Assembly (NCBI GenBank): GCA_038883775.1
Contig: JAVZLM010000004.1
Span: 1 to 64,000, forward strand
DNA length: 64,000 nucleotides
Direction of reading: 5' to 3'
Origin: Candidatus Bathyarchaeia archaeon
Lineage (GTDB): Archaea; Thermoproteota; Bathyarchaeia; Bathyarchaeales; Bathycorpusculaceae
Part shown: positions 30,022 to 37,737 of the stretch, piece by piece
Numbering within the stretch: position 1 is the first letter of the stretch
Layout: each line of letters opens with the position of its first letter
Program-made: the position numbers and the translations under genes
Notes under the pieces: generated by a model
Told to the model about the DNA's origin: nothing
Seen by the model: only the letters and a program-made list of their open reading frames with translations
The model's database searches: none

Positions 30022-31500
30022 ATGAGCGAAGAAGAAAGCCGTCCACCTCCAGAAAAAGTTCCCTTAGAAAAGATAGACAATTACACATGGCGCATACCAA
30101 AATACAAGCCAGGCATGCGAGTTCCAGGAGTAGTCTTTGCCAATGGCGAGTTACTGGAGAAAATGCAGACTGATAGAACACTTTGGCAATGCGCTAACGT
30201 TGCCCATTTACCAGGCATCTACAAATACTCCATAACGCTTCCAGACGGGCATGAAGGTTATGGTTTCCCGATAGGCGGAGTAGCTGCAACAGATTATGAA
30301 GAAGGCGTAATCAGCCCGGGTGGAGTGGGTTACGACATAAACTGTGGAGTTCGCCTATTAACAACAAACCTTTCAGAACAAGACATACGCCCAAAACTCG
30401 CCCAACTGACGAATACTATTTTCGAAAATGTTCCGTGCGGGCTTGGAAGTCGCAGAAAAGATTTCAAAGCCACAGCGCATGATTTGGAAAGGCTTGTTAC
30501 CGAAGGAGTTCAATGGGTCATCGATCAAGGGTTAGGCTGGTCTGAGGATGCTGAACATTGCGAGGAGCGCGGGTGCATGAAAAATGCAAATCCAGACAAG
30601 GTTTCAACAACAGCCAAAAATAGAGGCGTAACACAAATTGGCACCTTAGGCTCTGGAAACCATTTCCTAGAGATTCAAAAAGTAGACAAAATCTACGATG
30701 CCAAAACGGCTAAAATTTTCGGAATCGAACATGAAGGACAAGTAACAGTCATGATTCACTGCGGCTCCAGAGGCTTCGGCCACCAAATATGTTCAGACTA
30801 TTTGCGGGTTATGGAAAGAGCTGTGCATAAATATAAGATAGTTTTACCAGACCGGGAGCTTGCATGCGCTCCGGGAAAAAGTAATGAAGCAGAAGATTAT
30901 TATCAGGCGATGGCTTGCGCTGTTAATTATGCCTTTGCCAATCGTCAAGCCATAATGCATTGGGTTAGACAAAGTTTCCAACAAGTTTTCAAAGAAGACC
31001 CGGAAAGGTTTGGTTTAAAACTCGTTTATGACGTGGCTCATAACATTGCAAAAATAGAAGAGCATAGAATCAATGGAGAAAGAAGGAAGGTTTGGGTTCA
31101 CAGAAAAGGTGCAACAAGAGCCTTTCCGCCGGGGCATCCCGAAATTCCAGCCGACTACGCTTCAGTAGGTCAGCCAGTGCTTATACCAGGAAGTATGGGG
31201 ACAAGCTCTTGGCTTCTGGTGGGTACTGAAAAAGCTATGCAAATAAGTTTTGGCTCCACTGCTCATGGCGCTGGAAGAATGCTAAGCAGAAACGCTGCTA
31301 AAAGGAGGTTCTGGGGTGGAGACGTGAAAAAGGCTTTGGAGCAGCGAGGAATCTTTGTTAGGTCTGAAAGCTCTGTTGTTTTGGCTGAAGAGGCAGATCC
31401 AGCCTACAAAAATGTTGATATAGTTGCGGATGTGAGCGATAAAGTTGGAATAGCCACGAAAGTTGCTAGGTTTGTTCCAATAGCCGTGGTAAAGGGCTAA
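30022..31500 (+). CDS. rtcB: tRNA-splicing ligase RtcB
   Basis: PDGHEGYGFPIG, GYDINCG, GSGNHF, HRKGAT, HGAGR motifs. Confidence 0.97.
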   Translation: MSEEESRPPPEKVPLEKIDNYTWRIPKYKPGMRVPGVVFANGELLEKMQTDRTLWQCANVAHLPGIYKYSITLPDGHEGYGFPIGGVAATDYEEGVISPGGVGYDINCGVRLLTTNLSEQDIRPKLAQLTNTIFENVPCGLGSRRKDFKATAHDLERLVTEGVQWVIDQGLGWSEDAEHCEERGCMKNANPDKVSTTAKNRGVTQIGTLGSGNHFLEIQKVDKIYDAKTAKIFGIEHEGQVTVMIHCGSRGFGHQICSDYLRVMERAVHKYKIVLPDRELACAPGKSNEAEDYYQAMACAVNYAFANRQAIMHWVRQSFQQVFKEDPERFGLKLVYDVAHNIAKIEEHRINGERRKVWVHRKGATRAFPPGHPEIPADYASVGQPVLIPGSMGTSSWLLVGTEKAMQISFGSTAHGAGRMLSRNAAKRRFWGGDVKKALEQRGIFVRSESSVVLAEEADPAYKNVDIVADVSDKVGIATKVARFVPIAVVKG

Positions 31501-31501
31501 C
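31480..31501 (+). repeat. attL direct repeat (rtcB 3' end)
   Basis: ATAGCCGTGGTAAAGGGCTAAC, identical to 43377..43398. Confidence 0.93.
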
Positions 31502-31521
31502 TGTCACCGTAAAGGGATAAT

Positions 31522-32649
31522 TTATTTCCTTTTCCTGAAGAACATCAGCCCATCCTTCTCACATACGTATTCAAAGCCCACCTCAAGCAGCCCTTTGATT
31601 TCCTCAGGCGTCCTTGCAGTCTTCACGGTGAACTCGTCGTTTGAATCCTGGAATATCGTCCTTTCAATCTGAATATATAGCAAGGTAGTATCCAGTTTTT
31701 TGTGTCCAAGGAGCTCCTTAACGTAAAGAGGATCCTTCGTCCTGTGGTATTCCACCGTGGCTTTCCAATGCCTAAACGTGTGGAAGCTTATTTGCAGAAG
31801 CCTAGGGTTTGCAAGCTTCACCGCAATCTTTTTCCTAGCTAACATGAAGCTGCGTTTCATGGCATGATATGTTATTGGAAATATCCTCTCGCTTTTCCTC
31901 GGCAAGGCGTTAAGCATTCCAATAAGCTTTGAACTAACCTTAAAAACCCGAGGTTGACTCCCCTTTTCCGGCTGATTCAATACTATGATTTGCCTTTCAA
32001 AGTCCACATCTCTCCAGTTCAGCCTTAACGCTTCACCCGCCCTCATTCCAGTCTCCTTCAGAAGCTGCAGGAAAGCTGCAACCTTTTTTCCTGCACCAGC
32101 CACTAGATTATCAAGTTCGTTTTCAAGGGGTATAAAGGGAAGTTTCCTTTGTCTAACGCATTTAGGCTTTTCCCACGTTAACCCATGCATTTTCAGAAAG
32201 GCGTTTGCAGCACATATGGCATGATGCTTCCAGGAGTTGCTTTTATTCAGCCTAGCCAGAACATCTTTGATGCTTTCAGGGTTTAGGATATTTGCCGTGT
32301 TTTCAACCATCATTTTTAGGAATTCCACGTAATTCGCTATCGTATGCTCAGAACGCCCCTGCTTTTTAAGCCACCAGGCGAACTCTACGAGTCTTCCTTT
32401 AATGTCTGATGAAAGCTGTGTGGCCCCCGCATCCTGCCTTTCACCCTTCAATTCAAGGGTCAATGGGGCCCTCTCCAATATTATCGACTTGTGGTTTTGC
32501 TTTTGACTTTTATGGCTTGGATCCGTGAAGCGGTGTCCACAGTTTCGGCAGACAAACCTTTGAGCTGCTGAGCCATCTGTTAGGTAACGCATTCCATTCT
32601 TCCACAGAAGCGGTGAACCACATTGAGGACATCGAATGGGCTTATCCAT
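31522..32649 (-). CDS. int: Tyrosine recombinase/integrase with N-terminal Zn ribbon
   Basis: TGMRAGE, EKG, HTFRH, LGH, TLLY catalytic set; CPQC..CRNC. Confidence 0.93.
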   Translation of the reverse strand: MDKPIRCPQCGSPLLWKNGMRYLTDGSAAQRFVCRNCGHRFTDPSHKSQKQNHKSIILERAPLTLELKGERQDAGATQLSSDIKGRLVEFAWWLKKQGRSEHTIANYVEFLKMMVENTANILNPESIKDVLARLNKSNSWKHHAICAANAFLKMHGLTWEKPKCVRQRKLPFIPLENELDNLVAGAGKKVAAFLQLLKETGMRAGEALRLNWRDVDFERQIIVLNQPEKGSQPRVFKVSSKLIGMLNALPRKSERIFPITYHAMKRSFMLARKKIAVKLANPRLLQISFHTFRHWKATVEYHRTKDPLYVKELLGHKKLDTTLLYIQIERTIFQDSNDEFTVKTARTPEEIKGLLEVGFEYVCEKDGLMFFRKRK

Positions 32650-32655
32650 CGACCT

Positions 32656-33090
32656 TTATCCTTGGCTTGCTTTGTGTTCAAGCATGTGGTTCCATTGGTC
32701 GCAGATTTGCCATGCAAGTTTCCAGAAGCTTACACCGCCTAATGGAGCCCTTTTTGGTATGGGCTGCTTTATGAGGACGTATGCTTGAACTATTTTGCCT
32801 GTTTCCCTGTCGCATATTTGCTGTTGGCTTATGAAACCGAAGTCTAAGAGGCGCCTTAAAACCGTTCGGTATAGGCTTGAACGCCTATAACTGAAGCCCT
32901 TTTCTGCTTGGCCTTTCTGAAGCTTCCATGCGAAGCGGCTCAGCTGCGTGGATTTTGCATATCCTCCTCTCTTAAGCATCCAGTTGAACAGCAGCCTTGA
33001 AGCATACACTGTTTTGCGGTTTCTGAAGAGAAGCCTGAAAACGTCGCCGTTTTCAGAATTAGCCTCTTTTAAGGATTTAAGGCTTCTCAC
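32656..33090 (-). CDS. Hypothetical protein, possible winged-helix DNA-binding
   Basis: Basic; SSLYRTVLRRLLDFGFI helix followed by a wing-like hairpin. Confidence 0.55.
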   Translation of the reverse strand: MRSLKSLKEANSENGDVFRLLFRNRKTVYASRLLFNWMLKRGGYAKSTQLSRFAWKLQKGQAEKGFSYRRSSLYRTVLRRLLDFGFISQQQICDRETGKIVQAYVLIKQPIPKRAPLGGVSFWKLAWQICDQWNHMLEHKASQG

Positions 33091-33211
33091 CTTTCGTAGC
33101 CTCGAATTGCTGAGGATTAGGCTGCAGTCCTATTGTAATGGCAACCCGTAGATGCCAAGTGCAACCCATAGACGATGAAAATTTTAGCATTGAAGGGTCT
33201 AGGCTGTTTGT

Positions 33212-33550
33212 TCACCATTCAGCCTTTCCAGTGTGGTATTCGCCTTCAAGTAGGCGTATTCCTTCAGCCTCAAGCCTTTCAGCAATCCGCCTTTTGGCTT
33301 CTTCCCTATGCTTTTTAAGCTCCTCCGTCTCGCCATCAACAGCTAAGCCCTGATAGTATGTTGTTTCGTAGCGTAGTATTAGCCCATAATATGGGTCTAG
33401 GGCTGTTAGCCTAAACTTTCGGCGTTCAAACAATTCTTTGCGCTGAAGCCAATCGCTAAGCCTTGCTTCGCTTAGGTTTCTACGCTTTAGCTCCTCAATG
33501 AAGGTTTCAAGGCTTGTTAGTTGCAGGTAGACTAGAGGTTTGGAATCCAT
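33212..33550 (-). CDS. Hypothetical protein (element core)
   Basis: Overlaps the ATPase stop, co-oriented, protein-like composition. Confidence 0.65.
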   Translation of the reverse strand: MDSKPLVYLQLTSLETFIEELKRRNLSEARLSDWLQRKELFERRKFRLTALDPYYGLILRYETTYYQGLAVDGETEELKKHREEAKRRIAERLEAEGIRLLEGEYHTGKAEW

Positions 33551-34629
33551 TCGTCGCCTTCCCTTTTTATGGCCTTTAAGTGTTCAAGGTAGTTTAGTCG
33601 TCTGTAAATTGTGGCTGGGCTGTAGAGGCTTGAAAGCGCGTCTAGTATGCGGTTTGGTGTTGCTGGAAGCGTGAGCATTATGCGGAAGCTTGGCTCGTCT
33701 CCGCTGTATGGGCTTAGCCATAGAACGCTTAGGGCTTTGAGCAGTTTAACGTCGCTCTCGTCTACTTCCGTCCTGTTTCCGCGTAGGGCTGAAGCCTTAG
33801 CCATTGCCAAGACGTGGCGATGCGACCGGAAACGCGTTTCATCGCGGTTTACAGCCGCTATGACTCTTCCTAGGCGCATCAGGGCTTCTTTATGCTTTTC
33901 CGGAATTGCGATGCACACAGGCTTTTCCGGGAAGTCCAGCTTTACTGGTTTAAACGTGGGTTCAGCCCTGTATAGGGCTTGTTCCCCGCGGATTATGTCT
34001 TCAGGCGCGATGTGATAGCTTATTGGGACTGCTCGGCTGAGAAAGCCTAAGCGTATCCATTGTTTGCGTCTTGCTTTCCATTCGTCCGTTGTTAAGGCTG
34101 TTATAACGCCCGCCTTGACCGGCGTTGGCGAGTGGAATCGTATGTGGAAGGTGTCTATGTTTTGGACACCCTCTTCTATCAAAGCGTTAAGCGTCAACAG
34201 TATTTGGTGCCACACAGGGTTTCCTCTGGCTGTAAGCCGGACTAGATCCGCAACCATGACATGGCGTATAAGCCCGGCTTGGATTTGTCCAAGCAATCCC
34301 GTAAGCCCATAGCTTGTGAAATCGTTGTAAAGCGCGATGCCTCTGTTTTCTGTGTAAGCCTTAAGCAGCTCTGTTTTTCCGCTTCCTACAGGCGCGATGA
34401 TAAGCATGCTTAAAGGGTCGTATGGCTCAATGTAGCCGGTGTAAAGGGCCAGTTCAACGCTTACGGCTGTTGGAAGAAGTCCGGGCGGAAACTCTCTCAG
34501 AACAGTCGATGTCTTCTCAGAAGCGCATATATCACTAGAGATACATACACGCCTGAGATAAGAAAACTTCTCTGAGAGAAACCTTTCCAAAAGCCTAAGC
34601 CTAACCAAATAAGCCTTCTCAGCACGCAT
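33532..34629 (-). CDS. AAA+ ATPase, MCM-like, with C-terminal HTH
   Basis: Walker A APVGSGKT, degenerate Walker B VMVAD, LNALIEEG, FLSR arginine finger, RFRSHR..AKASA..EVDESDV sensor-2-like lid. Confidence 0.7.
   Translation of the reverse strand: MRAEKAYLVRLRLLERFLSEKFSYLRRVCISSDICASEKTSTVLREFPPGLLPTAVSVELALYTGYIEPYDPLSMLIIAPVGSGKTELLKAYTENRGIALYNDFTSYGLTGLLGQIQAGLIRHVMVADLVRLTARGNPVWHQILLTLNALIEEGVQNIDTFHIRFHSPTPVKAGVITALTTDEWKARRKQWIRLGFLSRAVPISYHIAPEDIIRGEQALYRAEPTFKPVKLDFPEKPVCIAIPEKHKEALMRLGRVIAAVNRDETRFRSHRHVLAMAKASALRGNRTEVDESDVKLLKALSVLWLSPYSGDEPSFRIMLTLPATPNRILDALSSLYSPATIYRRLNYLEHLKAIKREGDEWIPNL
34493..34579. other. Symmetric TCTCAG/CTGAGA array, candidate replication origin
   Basis: TCTCAG at 34495 and 34515, CTGAGA at 34553 and 34572, symmetric about CTAG 34535..34538. 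Confidence 0.45.
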
Positions 34630-34631
34630 CT

Positions 34632-35159
34632 CTAACCCTCAAAGAAGTATCGCGTAGGCGTTGTCGGGATTTTGAAGGCTCTGCCTTCGCTAACCAAAAG
34701 TTCAAAAGCAGACGTTATTACATCATCAGGATAGCCCAATCCCGCACTTTTGGCATCAGCGACAGTATACGCTTTGCCTTTCTCAAGGGTTTCAACTAAT
34801 CGTTTCTTGCAAGTTGATATCGAATCCTTTTGTGCTGCATCTGATGAAATAACAGCCTCAACTTTCCTGTCCCTATGCTTCCAAGCCAAAAACTTAACTT
34901 TCCGGCCGACCCATAGGTCCGTGTTACGTCCAAGAACAGAAATGAAGGCTCCGAGCTTAGAGTTAGGCCCAACGCGCTCCCTCTTCCATAACATCGTCGC
35001 ACATAAGCTTCCATCCCTGACATTACAAAGCGTAGCCCGCCATGCCTCAAGGCCTCGAAGCGGTGTTTTATTGATGTGCTCTACTGTTTCTATAGCGTAG
35101 GTTTCGCCTTCCTTTGGCTCCGGCAGAGGTTGGATGAACTCAACGTCTATCTCAGGCAT
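34632..35159 (-). CDS. Putative ssDNA-binding-like (beta-rich) protein with C-terminal winged helix
   Basis: Beta-rich N-half with LGAF..LG..TDLWVGRKV resembling phage SSB-like proteins; ATG overlaps the RHH stop (ATGCCTGA). Confidence 0.5.
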   Translation of the reverse strand: MPEIDVEFIQPLPEPKEGETYAIETVEHINKTPLRGLEAWRATLCNVRDGSLCATMLWKRERVGPNSKLGAFISVLGRNTDLWVGRKVKFLAWKHRDRKVEAVISSDAAQKDSISTCKKRLVETLEKGKAYTVADAKSAGLGYPDDVITSAFELLVSEGRAFKIPTTPTRYFFEG

Positions 35160-35316
35160 TTTTATCACCTAGTTTTTCTATGTTTGCTAAGCCTTGGATG
35201 ATAGATTGCCTTATAAGCTCGCTTCTGCTGATTCCCGTTTTGCGCTTGAATTCATCGACAAGCGACAGTAGCTCAAAAGGTATTGAAAAAGTTATAATTG
35301 CCGTTTTTCTTGGCAT
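35152..35316 (-). CDS. Ribbon-helix-helix (CopG-like) regulator, 54 aa (not in ORF track)
   Basis: Manual translation MPRKTAIITFSIPFELLSLVDEFKRKTGISRSELIRQSIIQGLANIEKLGDKNA: ITFSIP strand plus SRSELIR helix. Confidence 0.88.
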   Translation of the reverse strand: MPRKTAIITFSIPFELLSLVDEFKRKTGISRSELIRQSIIQGLANIEKLGDKNA

Positions 35317-35377
35317 TTTTTCACCATTTTTAAATAAAAGGTAAAATTTAAAGGCTTTTTCTTAAAATAAGCTCATT

Positions 35378-35444
35378 ATGTTAATATTAACATTTTCTTC
35401 TAATTTCAATATTGAAATTACGCCGTAAGTTTAATATTGAAATT
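35378..35444. promoter_or_regulatory. Three phased palindromic operator-like sites
   Basis: ATGTTAATATTAACAT (35378..35393), TAATTTCAATATTGAAATTA (35401..35420), TTAATATTGAAATT (35431..35444); AATATT cores at 35383, 35408, 35433. Confidence 0.65.
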
Positions 35445-36243
35445 GGGACAAATCCTTTACAAAAACTTTAAAGTTATTACAGACGTATTTAAATTGATGA
35501 ATTATCTTAAAATTAAAAGAAAAAGTCGAATTCAGAGACTGGTCAGGATAATTCTTCACTTGACCCATTGCGAAGATTACTTAGAGAGTATGCTTACAAA
35601 GTTCCGGCACTGTCACAATGAGGTAAAGGAAAGAACCTTATTATCAAAGGATATCAAATACCTAAAAAAAATGCGTATAATTAAGATCGCACGGATAGAG
35701 AAGGGTCGCGGGCTACCCAAGAAGTATTACACGCTGAATTTAGACGTCGTTTTAAATGTTCTGGGTCAAGGTAGAATTAAAGGAGCGGAAAAGCAAATAA
35801 TTATCGAAGGATGCAAGGCAGCTTCAAAAATGATCAACGCATTGAAGATCAGAAACTCTTCCAAACTAGACACTCAAATTATTTTAAAAGCTCCTTTTAT
35901 AGCAACGTTGCATATGGGTGAAATGGTGAGAAGCCCACCCCTTATTAAACTTCCACAATACCCACTAGGCAGTGAAAGTACTAGAAATGAGGAAAGGGAT
36001 TATTATAAGGCTGAGATCGGTGAAGATTCAGCAAATTGGTTTTGGAATGATGAAAAATGGAGTTCTTTCGAGAAAGCTGTTAAAAAATTTGTTACCGAAA
36101 GGGACGTAAAGGTTTTTTATGACGCCATAAGCGAAATTCCGAATGGTGATTTGGAGTCATGTTTAAAGGTTCTCTCGAAGTTTTCCTCAAAGTTTCACGA
36201 ACCCCTTAAAGTAATAATTGACATCTTTTCACGGGCTTGTTAA
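35437..36243 (+). CDS. Winged-helix transcriptional regulator-like protein
   Basis: ERTLLSKDIKYLKKMRII..GRGLPKKYYTLN wHTH wing; likely start ATG 35497. Confidence 0.65.
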   Translation: MKLGQILYKNFKVITDVFKLMNYLKIKRKSRIQRLVRIILHLTHCEDYLESMLTKFRHCHNEVKERTLLSKDIKYLKKMRIIKIARIEKGRGLPKKYYTLNLDVVLNVLGQGRIKGAEKQIIIEGCKAASKMINALKIRNSSKLDTQIILKAPFIATLHMGEMVRSPPLIKLPQYPLGSESTRNEERDYYKAEIGEDSANWFWNDEKWSSFEKAVKKFVTERDVKVFYDAISEIPNGDLESCLKVLSKFSSKFHEPLKVIIDIFSRAC

Positions 36244-36833
36244 GTATATTGCTACATGAACGGTCACCGAATAGCTATTTAGGTTCGACCATGACCAATA
36301 TAATTTTGGTCCAGCTATATACCTCGTACTCCAGCATTCAAATAATGTTGGAAAAGTAATGTCTGGAAGATATACAGGGACATCCCAATTCGCAAATATT
36401 ATAAGACCACTTGTTGATGTAAAACCGAAGGCAAATCTGACGTTAATCGTATCACCACTAGCCGCGGGCCCTTCTGCTCTGACAGCTACTGTTATTGTTT
36501 TATATCCCGTTAAATTCCCTAAATACGCGTAGCCGATCATGCCCATGGCAGGAGGTATCGTCCAATTTAATGTGATTTCTTTGCTTAAAGTTTCCATTAC
36601 TACTCGTTTTGCTGGGGGTCTCCTGTTTTTCCATATGCCTTCCATATTGCCAACGCATCTAATCCATCTATTCGCCCATCATCGTTAACGTCCAGCCATG
36701 GATCATAATCGCTGGTTCCAGCCTTGCCAGAGGATTGGCTGCGCAATGATTGACTTTCAGAAACGCATATGAAACCTAAAGCCAATATTATGGCACTGAG
36801 GCAAACAGATATCGAGTATTTTTTCCAATTCAA
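36229..36833 (-). pseudogene. Frameshifted secreted protein with N-terminal dockerin-like Ca-binding motif
   Basis: Signal peptide plus YDPWLDVNDDGRIDGLD..YGKTGDP in one frame; continues as AKRVVMET.. in the overlapping frame at G5 run 36614..36618. Confidence 0.6.
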
Positions 36834-36953
36834 AATATAATATCACCTCCTTTCTCCTCTCAAATCAAATAATGTTCAAGGTTAAGCAAATTTTAAGTTT
36901 ACGGGACAATAAACTACCCGCCCCTTTGGAGGCCATTCAGCAAATGGATCCTC

Positions 36954-37238
36954 TTAATTGCTTCTTTTAAGCTTATTTATTAGGCGTAATGCTTCAGTTA
37001 TGGCTGGATTTATCACGCCTTCATCCATCATTATGTGGTTCGCTGCAGAAATGTATGCTTTCCAGTCTCCACCTGAGATTATGAAGGTTTCGAAAGGCGT
37101 TTTAATAGGGTTGTGGCGCATCAGCCTATGATTTTTGCCTAAACGCTTATATGGCTCATCCATCCACTTATGGAGCCAACTATAACGTTTACCGAAAAGC
37201 AGCATATCCAAATATTCGTGTATACGTCTAGAGGGCAT
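36954..37238 (-). CDS. Small His-rich putative metal-binding protein
   Basis: IHEYLD, LHKWMD, HRLMRH, NHIMMD pattern. Confidence 0.65.
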   Translation of the reverse strand: MPSRRIHEYLDMLLFGKRYSWLHKWMDEPYKRLGKNHRLMRHNPIKTPFETFIISGGDWKAYISAANHIMMDEGVINPAITEALRLINKLKRSN

Positions 37239-37381
37239 ATTTTATCCACTTAACGCTAAGGCGTCGATAAATATAAACGTCGCGAAAATTGGGTTTAAAT
37301 TTAAGCTAAAAAGCGTTTTGAAGCCGTTTCAGGGTTTAAAGCTTAAATTGAAGGTCAAACTCCATATTTAGCGTGTAGGAG

Positions 37382-37603
37382 ATGGACAGGCGTTACCCAT
37401 CCTATTACAAGGTAAGCGAAGTTGCGCAAATGCTTAACGTGACAGATCAAACTGTCTACCGATGGATTAAGAAGGGCCTAATAGTTTGCATTAGGCTGCC
37501 CTCCGGCCATTTAAGAATCCCCAGCAGTCAGCTTTTCAAAATTTATGCGAATTATAGGCTTAATCGTAGACGAATAAGGCGCAAACTTTATCATTTTATA
37601 TAA
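37382..37603 (+). CDS. Excisionase-like / MerR-type HTH DNA-binding protein
   Basis: YKVSEVAQMLNVTDQTVYRWIKKG..RLPSGHLRIP; AGGAG before ATG. Confidence 0.85.
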   Translation: MDRRYPSYYKVSEVAQMLNVTDQTVYRWIKKGLIVCIRLPSGHLRIPSSQLFKIYANYRLNRRRIRRKLYHFI

Positions 37604-37737
37604 TTTAACCACAAATAACTTCAATTGACTTGTTTTGCTATAATTGACCCAAAACTTGGATAAGGGTGTTTTCCACGATGAGCTCCAAGATTATTTAATT
37701 TTAAACAGGTTAAACCTTCAAAATAGGAAAAATTGGG

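Noticed and set aside
30022-31500. Intein in, or disruption of, rtcB
   Set aside because: 492 aa with contiguous motifs and an intact VVKG* end
33091-33218. Small ORF between element core genes
   Set aside because: Two competing 33-37 codon frames, neither with recognisable motifs
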